The notes beneath the pieces were generated by a model. That model saw only the letters and a program-made list of their open reading frames with translations. It searched no databases and was not told the origin of the DNA. A stretch of 46,530 bases of DNA from Clostridia bacterium (GTDB taxonomy: Bacteria > Bacillota > Clostridia > Oscillospirales > UBA644). Numbering within the stretch: the first letter of the stretch is position 1; the number at the start of each line of letters is the position of its first letter. Both the position numbers and the translations under genes were made by a program. This document shows positions 35,807 to 45,208 of this stretch, piece after piece. The stretch is taken from assembly GCA_017441125.1 (NCBI GenBank), contig JAFSAH010000061.1:1-46530 (forward strand). The letters are read 5' to 3'.

Positions 35807-37690
35807 TTGAAAAGATTTAAAGGTATAGGCATTTATGCCGCATTATTGTTGGGCGTTCTTCTTTTTACGGTGGTTTTATTACACGGTGTAAGTGATGACG
35901 ACATTAAGTATTCCCAAGTACTCGATTATTTTAAGAACAATCAGGTTGAAAGTTTTACAATAGAAAACAGCGTGTTGGAAATCGTGCTTGTTGAAGGTGT
36001 AGATTTTAACGGTAATCAAAAATTCTCCACTCCTCTTTACAGTACCATGCTGTTCCTTGAAAATGCAGGAGAGTATATTGATCAAAACAGAGAAAGCGGC
36101 GTATTGAAAGAATATGATATTCCGCAGGTAAAAGATAACTCTATTTGGGGCAGTGTCATTTTATATATTTTGTTAGGAGCAAGCGTTCTTTTCCTGATGT
36201 TCTTTATGATGCGACAGATGCAGGGTGGTGGCGGAAGACCTATGTCTTTCAGCAAATCCCGCTTGAGAACAAGTGACAGCTTCAAGAAAAAGGTTACGTT
36301 CGCTGATGTTGCAGGCGCAGAAGAGGAAAAAGAAGAGCTTTCCGAAATCGTTGAGTTTTTGAAAAATCCTGAAAAGTATTCAAAAATGGGCGCGCATATT
36401 CCCAAAGGCGTTCTTCTTGTTGGCCCTCCGGGAACAGGTAAAACCTATATGGCAAGAGCTGCCGCAGGTGAAGCGGGTGTTCCGTTCTTCAGTATTTCAG
36501 GCTCCGATTTCGTTGAACTGTATGTCGGTATGGGTGCTTCACGTGTACGTGATACCTTTGAACAGGCAAAGAAAAACGCTCCCTGTATAATCTTCATTGA
36601 CGAAATCGACGCTGTAGGTCGTCAAAGAGGCGCAGGTCTCGGCGGCGGTCACGACGAAAGAGAACAGACTCTTAACCAGTTGCTTGTTGAAATGGATGGC
36701 TTTGAGGAAAATGAAGGTGTTATCGTTATGGCGGCAACAAACCGTCCCGACGTTCTTGACAGCGCTTTGCTCCGTCCCGGCCGTTTTGACAGACAGGTCG
36801 TAATAGGCCTTCCCGACGTGGGCGCAAGAGAAGAAATCCTTAAGATTCATGCTAAAAATAAGCCTTTGGACGAAGATGTTGATATCCCGCATATTTCAAG
36901 AACAACAGCGGGCTTTGCTCCTGCCGATCTTGAAAATATTCTTAACGAAGGTGCGATCCTTGCCGTAAGAAGAAAACAAGATAAAATTAAAATGCAGGAT
37001 ATAAATGACGCTATTTTGAAGGTCCTTGTAGGTGTTGAAAAGAAAACCAGAAAGGTTACGGAAAAAGATAAAAAGCTTACTGCATATCATGAAGGCGGTC
37101 ACGCGATAGTAGCAAGAGTTCTTCCCGACCATGATCCCGTGCATGAAATATCCATTATTCCCAGAGGTATGGCAGGAGGTTATACTTACTACGTACCCAA
37201 AGATGAAAAAATGGGCAGATCGAAGAATGAAATGTTCAATGAGATAGTTTCGTTGCTCGGCGGTCGTGTTGCAGAGGCTCTTTGTCTTGATGATATTTCC
37301 ACAGGTGCTTCAAGCGATATCGAACGCGCTACGTCTATTGCCAAGAAAATGGTTACAAAATTCGGTATGTCTGATGTGTTGGGACCTGTTTCTTTCGGTT
37401 CAAACGAGTCTGTATTCCTCGGAAGAGATTTTGCCACACAGCATAATTATTCCGAAAAGATCGCGGGAATCGTGGACGAAGAAATTATTAAGGTTGTAAA
37501 TTCCGCTTATAAGAAAGCAGAGGATATACTTAAAGAGCACAGAGAAAAGCTTGATAAATTGGCAGCCCTTCTTATTGAAAAAGAAAAGGTCGGCGCCGAT
37601 GAATTTGAAAGACTTTTTACGGGCGTTGAAGCCGAAGAAGCTGTTACTGAAAATGAAAGTGACAATTCGGATGATTCAAAAACTGAATAA
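35807..37690 (+). CDS. ftsH: ATP-dependent zinc metalloprotease FtsH
   Basis: 627 aa with a TTG start 7 nt after AAGAGG. Two TM helices; Walker A GPPGTGKT; Walker [10 protein letters not shown]; zinc motif HEGGH. Confidence 0.97.
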   Translation: MKRFKGIGIYAALLLGVLLFTVVLLHGVSDDDIKYSQVLDYFKNNQVESFTIENSVLEIVLVEGVDFNGNQKFSTPLYSTMLFLENAGEYIDQNRESGVLKEYDIPQVKDNSIWGSVILYILLGASVLFLMFFMMRQMQGGGGRPMSFSKSRLRTSDSFKKKVTFADVAGAEEEKEELSEIVEFLKNPEKYSKMGAHIPKGVLLVGPPGTGKTYMARAAAGEAGVPFFSISGSDFVELYVGMGASRVRDTFEQAKKNAPCIIFIDEIDAVGRQRGAGLGGGHDEREQTLNQLLVEMDGFEENEGVIVMAATNRPDVLDSALLRPGRFDRQVVIGLPDVGAREEILKIHAKNKPLDEDVDIPHISRTTAGFAPADLENILNEGAILAVRRKQDKIKMQDINDAILKVLVGVEKKTRKVTEKDKKLTAYHEGGHAIVARVLPDHDPVHEISIIPRGMAGGYTYYVPKDEKMGRSKNEMFNEIVSLLGGRVAEALCLDDISTGASSDIERATSIAKKMVTKFGMSDVLGPVSFGSNESVFLGRDFATQHNYSEKIAGIVDEEIIKVVNSAYKKAEDILKEHREKLDKLAALLIEKEKVGADEFERLFTGVEAEEAVTENESDNSDDSKTE

Positions 37691-37704
37691 TTTCAGATAA
37701 AAAA

Positions 37705-37748
37705 AGAGAACCCTCTTTCGTTGAGAATGAAAGGGTTCTCTGTTTTTT
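37705..37748. terminator. Bidirectional rho-independent terminator between convergent ftsH and the zinc-ribbon membrane gene
   Basis: AGAGAACCC(TC)TTTC / GAAAGGGTTCTCT forms a 13-bp stem, preceded by an A-run and followed by GTTTTTT. Confidence 0.8.
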
Positions 37749-37752
37749 ATTA

Positions 37753-38412
37753 TTATAAATGGAATCTTTTTTCAAATTCCTCTTTCATGTTTTTACCGTC
37801 AAAAATGATGAGCGCCGCAAGAGATAAAATTCCTCCCGAAAAGCAGATTATGGACGGGATAACTATATTTGTCAGGTTTGTTGCATAAAAAATTACCGTT
37901 ATTATACAAAACGCGATTACCATGAAAAGATAGAGCAGATAGTCGCCCTCTTTCATTTTCAGGACTCTTGCCACAATAAAAAGACCTATCATTGCCGCCG
38001 TGAAAATTATGGGCAAAACGAAATCGATCGACCAGCCGTTCCAATTAGTCCAAAGGTCCCAGATTACGCACAAAATAGCAGTTATTAAAACCTGGTTCAT
38101 TATGGCTTTTGGGATATTTCTGCGTCTTTTTATTATGTGGAATATGGAAAGCCATACGCAAAATACCCCGAAGACGGCATATTGCCACCACCAGCCGAAT
38201 TGCTCGATAATTAAATTTACGGCAATACATATGACCGAAAGCCCGATTGAGGACATTATCAGTATTTTGAAAAACAACTCAAATCTTTTGTATATGGACG
38301 GGATTACGGGATATGACTGTTTTTCATCGGTTCCCGTCAGCTTGTTTTGGCAGAGAGGACAGATATCGGAAGCCGTTCTGACATCAAGTTTGCATTTTGA
38401 GCAATATTTCAT
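37753..38412 (-). CDS. Polytopic membrane protein with N-terminal zinc ribbon (resembles DUF6320 from memory, unverified)
   Basis: 219 aa. MKYCSKCKLDVRTASDICPLCQ gives a CxxC-N10-CxxC ribbon, followed by 5-6 hydrophobic helices. The start overlaps the upstream stop as ATGA. Confidence 0.65.
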   Translation of the reverse strand: MKYCSKCKLDVRTASDICPLCQNKLTGTDEKQSYPVIPSIYKRFELFFKILIMSSIGLSVICIAVNLIIEQFGWWWQYAVFGVFCVWLSIFHIIKRRRNIPKAIMNQVLITAILCVIWDLWTNWNGWSIDFVLPIIFTAAMIGLFIVARVLKMKEGDYLLYLFMVIAFCIITVIFYATNLTNIVIPSIICFSGGILSLAALIIFDGKNMKEEFEKRFHL

Positions 38413-39728
38413 TTCTTCTTTTTGCTCCCGTTATCGGAAAGCTTCCTTTCTTTAGAGTTATTTAAACTTTTTGCATTTAAAGTATCCAAATTCGTAAAAA
38501 CCTCAACATGAATTCCCTTTTCCGTAAGCTTTCTGAAGAAATTCTTCTGAATGTCATTATTGTCATACGGCGATGTGAACGAAACAGAAAAAATATTTCC
38601 GTAAGAAACCGCGCAGGCCTGAATGCTTTTCGTCGCGCAACAGAAATCAAAAGCCTTTACGTAGGGCTCTAATTCTTTCGGAACGGAAGCCCTTCCTATA
38701 TTGGAAAACGTGCCGCTTGTCTCTTTCATTTTGTAGTCGTGGGCAATTTTAAGACAAACGTCCTTCATTACCAACGGCGCTACTCTTGCAAAAATATTAT
38801 TTTCAACGGAAGAATATTGAGAAAGCAAGTCTTCAAGGCTTTCATCTGAAAGCTTTGTCTTTAATGAACGAGAGACCTTTTCGACTACATTTTTAAGGTC
38901 TGAAGGGTTATTTTTAAAGTTATATTCGATATTTACCGTGCTGAAAAAATTCCTTGCGGAAGAGGAAGAAAAATGCTTGCGAAGATTTACTGGAATCGTC
39001 AATACTACGGGGAGATTTCTTGCACGCATCGGCATTGTGTCTTTTACCGCGCATAGGAGCAGGGAAGTGATGTATGCTGTTAAGGTAGTATTATTTTCAT
39101 GGGCCTGAGCCAAAACCGCGTTTAAGTCGATGTGCCCCGTTATTACACCCATTCTGTTGTCCGTAAAACGGGTTCCGCCCATAGGCTTGTAAGCCTTGCG
39201 GTGTTTTGTTTTTTGATGCTTTTCTTTTTTGTCTTCCTCGTAGTATCTGTAAAAGCTGTCATCTTCCTTTTCGTAGTTTGAGGCGTCAAATGAAAGCTCC
39301 GGTTCGGCAATATTATGCGCTTTTGAAAGGTATTTACTGATTATGCATTCCAAAAACATCAGCGCACCCGTACCGTCTGTCAGGGCATGGAATACTTCTA
39401 AATTTATTCTGTTGTGGTAATAAGAAATACTATATAAAAGCTCTTTCATCTCTTTGCTGTAAAGAGGTCCGCAAACGGGATTGTTTTCTTTCTCAACTAT
39501 CGGACGAAGATCGGATTTTTCAAAATAATACCAGAATAAGCCTTTTTTTAATACATAGTTATAGACGTCAAAAACTTCAGCCGCTTCGGTAACTGCGCTT
39601 TGAAGAATTTCACAGTCAACATCTTCAAACAGCTCGCAGGAAAATCTGAAAACCTTGGTGTCGGGACCGCTTACTGTTGCAGGGAAAATTTTGGCGGCGT
39701 TATCAAGCTTTATCCACTTATCGTTCAT
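38409..39728 (-). CDS. Condensation-domain / alcohol acetyltransferase-like acyltransferase (HxxxDG)
   Basis: ATG at 39728 lies 9 nt after AAAGGA and overlaps the esterase 3' end by 11 nt. Catalytic-type motif FHALTDGTG (His codon 39387-39389). N-terminal KLDNAAKIFPA. Confidence 0.7.
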   Translation of the reverse strand: MNDKWIKLDNAAKIFPATVSGPDTKVFRFSCELFEDVDCEILQSAVTEAAEVFDVYNYVLKKGLFWYYFEKSDLRPIVEKENNPVCGPLYSKEMKELLYSISYYHNRINLEVFHALTDGTGALMFLECIISKYLSKAHNIAEPELSFDASNYEKEDDSFYRYYEEDKKEKHQKTKHRKAYKPMGGTRFTDNRMGVITGHIDLNAVLAQAHENNTTLTAYITSLLLCAVKDTMPMRARNLPVVLTIPVNLRKHFSSSSARNFFSTVNIEYNFKNNPSDLKNVVEKVSRSLKTKLSDESLEDLLSQYSSVENNIFARVAPLVMKDVCLKIAHDYKMKETSGTFSNIGRASVPKELEPYVKAFDFCCATKSIQACAVSYGNIFSVSFTSPYDNNDIQKNFFRKLTEKGIHVEVFTNLDTLNAKSLNNSKERKLSDNGSKKKK

Positions 39729-40659
39729 CAGCTTTTTTCCTTTCTTCGGTATTTTTGTTGAGAAACTCATTTATAAATTCATATGTTTTTTTAACGTGTA
39801 TATATTTATACGGCAATGAGAAAAATCCGTGAAGAGCGTCTTTTATACGGTGTATCTCCGCATAGTTTCCGAAATGGATCAGCTTTTTGCCGTAAGCCTC
39901 GCCTTCGTCTCTTAAGGGGTCAAATTCCGCAGTGATTATGAGAGTGTCGGGCTGATTTGAGAGGTCTTTTGCCAAATACGGAGCAAAATACGGATTGTAT
40001 TTATCCAATTGGTCTGAGGCGTACATATCTATATAATCACGAAGCTTTTTTGCTGTGAGCAGATACTCCGTACCGTTAGTTCTTACCGATTCAAAGGGGG
40101 AATTTTCGGTGTAGTCGTTATATACGGCGGGATAAATGAGAATTTGTCTGTTTATTTTAAATTCTTTACGGTCTCTTGCCATAAGACTTACCGCCGCCGC
40201 AAGATTTCCTCCTGCGCTGTCTCCCGCAAGAATTATGTCGGAGGGCCTTGCTTCAAAGAATCCGTCTCCGCAAAAGAGCTCCTTTGTTACCGTGTAACAG
40301 TCTTCAACAGCATGGGGGAACGGACGTTCCGGTGCAAGCGCGTATTCTACAGAAACCACTCTGCGACCTGTTTTTTCCCCAAGCATATCGCAGGTTCGTG
40401 CGTAACTGTCTATATTGCCCGAAACCCAACCGCCTCCGTGGAAGAACAAAATCACTTCATCTGAAGTCACTTTTACGGGATAGAATATGGCAACCGTAAT
40501 TTTTCGTCCGTCTCGTTCAATAATCTTTTCGAGATCCGTATGAAGTCCGTTTATAGGGTTCTTTCCCGCCAATTTTTTAACGCCCCGTTCAATTTTATAA
40601 TCAATTTCAGCGTATGACATTGCTTTCAAAGCGGCCCTCATGAACTTATTTATTGCCAT
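39718..40659 (-). CDS. Alpha/beta hydrolase, hormone-sensitive-lipase family esterase (Aes-like)
   Basis: Oxyanion motif FFHGGGW; nucleophile elbow GDSAGGNLAA; DPLRDEG and DALHGF triad contexts. The start is probably ATG 40659 (GGGTGG/GAAGG upstream). Confidence 0.85.
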   Translation of the reverse strand: MAINKFMRAALKAMSYAEIDYKIERGVKKLAGKNPINGLHTDLEKIIERDGRKITVAIFYPVKVTSDEVILFFHGGGWVSGNIDSYARTCDMLGEKTGRRVVSVEYALAPERPFPHAVEDCYTVTKELFCGDGFFEARPSDIILAGDSAGGNLAAAVSLMARDRKEFKINRQILIYPAVYNDYTENSPFESVRTNGTEYLLTAKKLRDYIDMYASDQLDKYNPYFAPYLAKDLSNQPDTLIITAEFDPLRDEGEAYGKKLIHFGNYAEIHRIKDALHGFFSLPYKYIHVKKTYEFINEFLNKNTEERKKADER

Positions 40660-40690
40660 TTTCCACCCTTCTTTCCTCAATAATATGCAA

Positions 40691-40726
40691 AGGGTGAGAT
40701 TCGATACCGTTACCGAATTTCACCCT
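40691..40726 (-). terminator. Stem-loop immediately after lysA
   Basis: On the minus strand, AGGGTGAAATTCG / CGAATCTCACCCT forms a 13-bp stem (one G-U), followed by TTGCATATTATT. It lies 6 nt after the lysA stop. Confidence 0.6.
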
Positions 40727-40732
40727 CGAATT

Positions 40733-42016
40733 TTAAAGAATATCGTTTTTGATGATATCGTCGTATGTTTCTCTCTTGACGATAACTCTTGCTTTTCCGT
40801 TGCTTGTCATAATTACGGGAGGACGAGGAACTCTGTTGTAATTTGATGCCATAGAGTAGTTGTACGCTCCTGTTGCATAAACAACGAGAATATCTCCTGC
40901 GTTCATTTCCTGTAAAGGAATATCCTCCTGAATAAGGTCTCCGCTTTCGCAAGCGCGTCCCGCAATGGTTACAATTCTATTCTTCGGTTGATTCAGTTTT
41001 GTTGCTATATCCGCAGAATAGGGCGCCTTGTAAAGAGCGTATCTTGGGTTGTCATTCAGTCCGCCGTCTACGGAAACATAAGTTCTGATATCCTTGATTT
41101 CTTTTACGCTGCCTATTGTATAGAGGGTTATGCCTGCTTCAGCAACGATACTTCTGCCGGGTTCAACAAGAATGAACGGAAGGGGGAAATCCTTTTCTGC
41201 GCAAACCTCTTTTACCTTGGCAAAAACAAGGCGCATATATTCATCGTAAGATTTGGGGTTGTGTTCCGCTATATACTTTATGCCGAAGCCTCCGCCTAAA
41301 TTCAATTCTTTTATTGTGATTCCCAATTTGGAACGTATTTCTGCGGCAAAATTCAGCATGACCTCCGCTGCAAGCTCAAAAGGATCGGAGTCGAAAATTT
41401 GAGACCCGATATGGCAGTGAATACCAACAACTTTAACGTTATTCAATGTGGAGGCCTCTTTTATGATATCAAAAGCTTCTCCGTTTTCAAGGGCAACGCC
41501 GAATTTGGAATCTATCTGACCTGTTTTTATAAAATCGTGAGTGTGCGCATCAATACCGGGCTTTATTCTGAAAGAGATTTCAGCAATCTTATTGTGTTTG
41601 CCTGCGATCTTATTGAGAGTATGAAGCTCTTCGATATTGTCTACAACGATTCTGCCGATGCCGCTTTCGACGGCCATTTTCAGTTCGTCAGGTGTTTTGT
41701 TGTTTCCGTGAAAATATATCTTTGATGCAGGAAAACCCGCCTTGAGAGCAGTATAAAGCTCTCCGCCCGATACTACGTCGGTGCCAAAGCCTTCTTCATT
41801 TACAATTCTGTATATTTCACACGCTGAAAAGGCCTTGCTTGCATAAAGAGGCATACCTTTTCCGTCGTAGTATTTATCAAAGGCACCCTTATAAAGTCGG
41901 CAGGTATTTCTGATATGGTCTTCGCTCATTACATAGCAGGGGGTACCGTAATCTTTTGCAATTTGTTCTGTTGAGATTCCGTCAATATGAAGTACTCCGT
42001 TATTTTCTGATAACAT
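40733..42016 (-). CDS. lysA: Diaminopimelate decarboxylase
   Basis: ATG at 42016 gives 427 aa. PLP-lysine context YASKAF; GGGFGI; ESGD. The longer ORF-track start would overlap engB. Confidence 0.95.
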   Translation of the reverse strand: MLSENNGVLHIDGISTEQIAKDYGTPCYVMSEDHIRNTCRLYKGAFDKYYDGKGMPLYASKAFSACEIYRIVNEEGFGTDVVSGGELYTALKAGFPASKIYFHGNNKTPDELKMAVESGIGRIVVDNIEELHTLNKIAGKHNKIAEISFRIKPGIDAHTHDFIKTGQIDSKFGVALENGEAFDIIKEASTLNNVKVVGIHCHIGSQIFDSDPFELAAEVMLNFAAEIRSKLGITIKELNLGGGFGIKYIAEHNPKSYDEYMRLVFAKVKEVCAEKDFPLPFILVEPGRSIVAEAGITLYTIGSVKEIKDIRTYVSVDGGLNDNPRYALYKAPYSADIATKLNQPKNRIVTIAGRACESGDLIQEDIPLQEMNAGDILVVYATGAYNYSMASNYNRVPRPPVIMTSNGKARVIVKRETYDDIIKNDIL

Positions 42017-42038
42017 AATGTATATCTGTCCTTTATTT

Positions 42039-42653
42039 TTATTCTTCTGAGGTTTCTGCTTTTTCTTTAAGAAATTCTTCCGTAACGTCTTCGATAATTT
42101 CTCTGATTGGCTGAACGCCTTTTCCGTCTTTCGAGGAGAAGGGAACAACTCTTACCATGAACTGTCTTGATACCTTTTCAATCTGTTCGTCAATTTGCTT
42201 TGCGGATAATTTATCTGCTTTTGTTGCCGCAATACAGAAGGGGACCTCACGTGACATAAGAAAATCGTACATAAGAAGATCGTCTTCCGTAGGCTCATGA
42301 CGTATATCTATAAGAAAAAGAACAAGAGCTATGTCTCTGTCGCTGTCGAAATAGTCGCCCGTAAGGCTTCCCCAGCTTTTTCTTTCAGCCTTGGATCTGA
42401 GGGCAAAGCCGTATCCGGGAAGATCTACCAGGTAGATTTTTTTACCGACGTCATAGTAGTTTGCCGCTGCGGTTTTTCCCGGTTTTTCGCTGACCTTTGC
42501 AATGCTTTTTCTGTTGAGGAGTTTGTTTATCATTGAGCTTTTGCCGACGTTTGAACGGCCAACCATTACAATTTCGGGTCTGCGTTCTACGGGGGCATTT
42601 CTCACGTCATATGCACTTGTGATAAAATTCGCATCGTTGAAATTAATATTCAT
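42039..42653 (-). CDS. engB: Ribosome biogenesis GTP-binding protein EngB/YsxC
   Basis: ATG at 42653 lies 4 nt after the lon stop. G1 GRSNVGKSS; G3 DLPGYG; G4 TKADK. The lon-ysxC order matches B. subtilis. Confidence 0.93.
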   Translation of the reverse strand: MNINFNDANFITSAYDVRNAPVERRPEIVMVGRSNVGKSSMINKLLNRKSIAKVSEKPGKTAAANYYDVGKKIYLVDLPGYGFALRSKAERKSWGSLTGDYFDSDRDIALVLFLIDIRHEPTEDDLLMYDFLMSREVPFCIAATKADKLSAKQIDEQIEKVSRQFMVRVVPFSSKDGKGVQPIREIIEDVTEEFLKEKAETSEE

Positions 42654-42657
42654 ATTT

Positions 42658-45045
42658 TCATTCCTCAATAGCAACTTTAAGAACATCGTCAAATGTTTCT
42701 GCTGCGATGAAATTTATATTTTCCTTAACGACTTCTTCAACTTCATAAAGATCGGAAACGTTTTCTTTGGGAATAATTACCGTTTTAATTCCGTATTTAA
42801 AAGCCGCCATCGTTTTTTCTCTGAGACCGCCTATGGGTAAAACGTTACCTCTTAAGGTGATTTCGCCTGTCATTGCAACGTCGCTTCTGACTTTTTTACC
42901 TGTCAGTTCGCTGTAAATTGCTGTTGCCATTGTGATCCCCGCAGAGGGTCCGTCCTTGGGTACAGCGCCTTCGGGTACATGGATATGGATATCTTTGTTT
43001 TTGTAGAAATCCTTGTCTATGCCGAATCTGTCAGCCTGAGAACGGATATAACTTACTGCCGCACGAGCGCTTTCTTTCATAACGTCGCCGAGAGAGCCCG
43101 TAAGCTCGATTTTTCCGTTGCCGTCCATCGCTGAAACCTCAATGGGCATGGTTTCGCCACCGACGGTTGTATATGCCAATCCTGTAACAACACCGACTTG
43201 AGACTCTTTTCTCGCTTCTTCTTTTTTGAATTTTGCGGGACCGAGATATTTCTCAAGATTTTTCGGTGTGATTTTGATAGTTTTCTTTTCTTCTTCGGTC
43301 TTAGTGAGCCATTCCTTTGCGGCTTTTCTGCACAGTGAAGCAATAACTCTTTCAAGAGAACGAACGCCTGCTTCACGTGTATAAAGCGCAATAAGATCGT
43401 TTATCGCCGCATCATTTATGGAGAGCATTTTCTTCGTAAGACCGTGCTTTTTCAACTGCTTTGAAATGAGATGCTTTTTGGCGATATGGAACTTTTCTTC
43501 CTGTGTGTAGGAAGTTATTTCTATCGTGTCCATACGGTCGAGCAGGGGGCGGGGAATAGTGTCCATATCGTTTGCCGTAGTGATGAAAAGAACGTCGCTG
43601 AGGTCGTATGGAATATCTACGTAGTTATCCCTGAAGGTCTTGTTTTGTTCGGGGTCAAGAACCTCAAGAAGCGCCGCAGACGGGTCTCCCTTGTAATCGT
43701 TGCCCAATTTGTCTATTTCGTCCAACAGCATTACGGGATTGGAGCTTTTGACTTCTTTAAGGGCTGTGAGTATCTTGCCGGGCATTGCGCCGATATAGGT
43801 TCTTCTGTGACCTCTTATTTCAGCCTCGTCGTGTACGCCTCCAAGAGAAATTCTTACGAATTTTCTGTTCATTGCTTTTGCTACTGACATGGCAACGGAA
43901 GTTTTACCTGTTCCCGGAGGGCCTACAAGGCAAAGTATTTGAGTTTTTAATTTTTCTTTTTCATCGCCGTTTTGCTCAAGAAGCTTTCTTACGGCAAGCA
44001 TTTCTATAATACGTTCTTTTACTTTTTTAAGACCGTAATGGTCAGCTTCCATAATTGCGGAAGCTTTTTCTATGGTAAAGGAATCTTTCGTAACTGTATT
44101 CCACGGGAGTTCGAGGCAAGTTTCCAGATAAGTTCTGAGAACGACACCGTCCTGAGAGCCTATTGGCATTTTTGAAAGTCTGATGAGTTCTTTTTCAAGC
44201 TTTTCTTTGGTTTCATCAGACGCGTTCAATGTCATTATTCTGTCGTAGAGCTCTTCATCGTCTTCGTCTCCGAAAAAGTCTGCACCGCCGTCGCCCAGTT
44301 CTTCCTGAAGGGTTCGAATCTGTTCTCTGATAAAGTAATCTCTCTGATTTTTGCGCATTTTTATATTTACAAGCGCAGAGACCTTCTGCTCCAGGAGAAG
44401 TATCTCGGTTTCTTCGCGTAATGCGGCTATTACGAGCAAAAGTCTTTCGTGAGGCTCAAATTCTTCAAGTATTCTTTGCTTGACTTCTGCTTTGAAGGGT
44501 ACGTTTTGAGCAATATAGTCTGCAAGCTCTCCGATATCGTTAATGCTTCCCATAGCTTTTCCGATTTCGGGGGAGAGCTTGTCCATGATTGCATTCAGCT
44601 CCGCAAATGTTTCACGGGCCTTTCTTCTCATTGCCGTTTCGTCTTCCTCGGACCAGCCCTCAAGTATTTCATCGTCTTTGATGGAAACGAAGGCGGAGGG
44701 GTATTCGTTTCCGTTTATTTCACCTGTGATAACGCCTCTTGCAAAGACCTCCAAGGCTGCTCTTTCTTCCCCAGCGGGTGCTTTGAGCAGCTGCTTTATT
44801 CTTGCTATGGTTCCTATGGTATTTATTGAAAGATTTCCGCTTTCTCTGCCTGCTTCAACGTTTTCCAATGCAAGGAAAATGAATCTGCTGTGCTTCATTG
44901 CATCCTGAATTGCGGAAATATGTATTTTCTCTGTGATGTCAAGATGTATGAGTGTTTGGGGAAAAGTAACAAGCCCCCTGAGAGCCAGCACGGGCAGTAC
45001 CGCGCGGCCCTCATAAAGGCTCATAAAATCAAGATAATTATTCAT
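42658..45045 (-). CDS. lon: ATP-dependent Lon protease (LonA)
   Basis: LPVLALRG N-domain; Walker [10 protein letters not shown]; LLDEIDK; catalytic Ser context KDGPSAGITM. ATG at 45045 lies 10 nt after AGGAG; 45072 and 45024 are alternatives. Confidence 0.96.
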   Translation of the reverse strand: MNNYLDFMSLYEGRAVLPVLALRGLVTFPQTLIHLDITEKIHISAIQDAMKHSRFIFLALENVEAGRESGNLSINTIGTIARIKQLLKAPAGEERAALEVFARGVITGEINGNEYPSAFVSIKDDEILEGWSEEDETAMRRKARETFAELNAIMDKLSPEIGKAMGSINDIGELADYIAQNVPFKAEVKQRILEEFEPHERLLLVIAALREETEILLLEQKVSALVNIKMRKNQRDYFIREQIRTLQEELGDGGADFFGDEDDEELYDRIMTLNASDETKEKLEKELIRLSKMPIGSQDGVVLRTYLETCLELPWNTVTKDSFTIEKASAIMEADHYGLKKVKERIIEMLAVRKLLEQNGDEKEKLKTQILCLVGPPGTGKTSVAMSVAKAMNRKFVRISLGGVHDEAEIRGHRRTYIGAMPGKILTALKEVKSSNPVMLLDEIDKLGNDYKGDPSAALLEVLDPEQNKTFRDNYVDIPYDLSDVLFITTANDMDTIPRPLLDRMDTIEITSYTQEEKFHIAKKHLISKQLKKHGLTKKMLSINDAAINDLIALYTREAGVRSLERVIASLCRKAAKEWLTKTEEEKKTIKITPKNLEKYLGPAKFKKEEARKESQVGVVTGLAYTTVGGETMPIEVSAMDGNGKIELTGSLGDVMKESARAAVSYIRSQADRFGIDKDFYKNKDIHIHVPEGAVPKDGPSAGITMATAIYSELTGKKVRSDVAMTGEITLRGNVLPIGGLREKTMAAFKYGIKTVIIPKENVSDLYEVEEVVKENINFIAAETFDDVLKVAIEE

Positions 45046-45058
45046 TATAGGATGACTC

Positions 45059-45208
45059 CTAAACATTTTCATTTCTGGTTATTACCGCCGGCTCGGTTCC
45101 TTCTACGCAGCCCTTTGTAATAACTACTTTTGTGATATTTTTGTCTGAAGGAACATCAAACATAAGTTTTGTCATGAATTTCTCAACGACCGTGCGGAGA
45201 CCTCTTGC
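45059..45208 (-). other. clpX: Out-of-frame continuation of clpX (C-terminal 49 codons plus stop)
   Basis: The other minus-strand frame reads [49 protein letters not shown]. This is a typical ClpX C-terminus, and its TAG stop at 45059-45061 lies 13 nt before the lon ATG. Confidence 0.85.

Noticed and set aside
42017-42148. N-terminal extensions in the ORF track: lysA from 42148, tilS from 33743, the NUDIX gene from 21165, rpmF from 16751, spoIVB from 27949, yybS from 28864 and rplI from 31967.
   Set aside because: The extensions overlap upstream genes, promoters, RBSs or a hairpin loop. Internal ATG/GTG codons with properly spaced Shine-Dalgarno sequences give N-termini that match the family norms.
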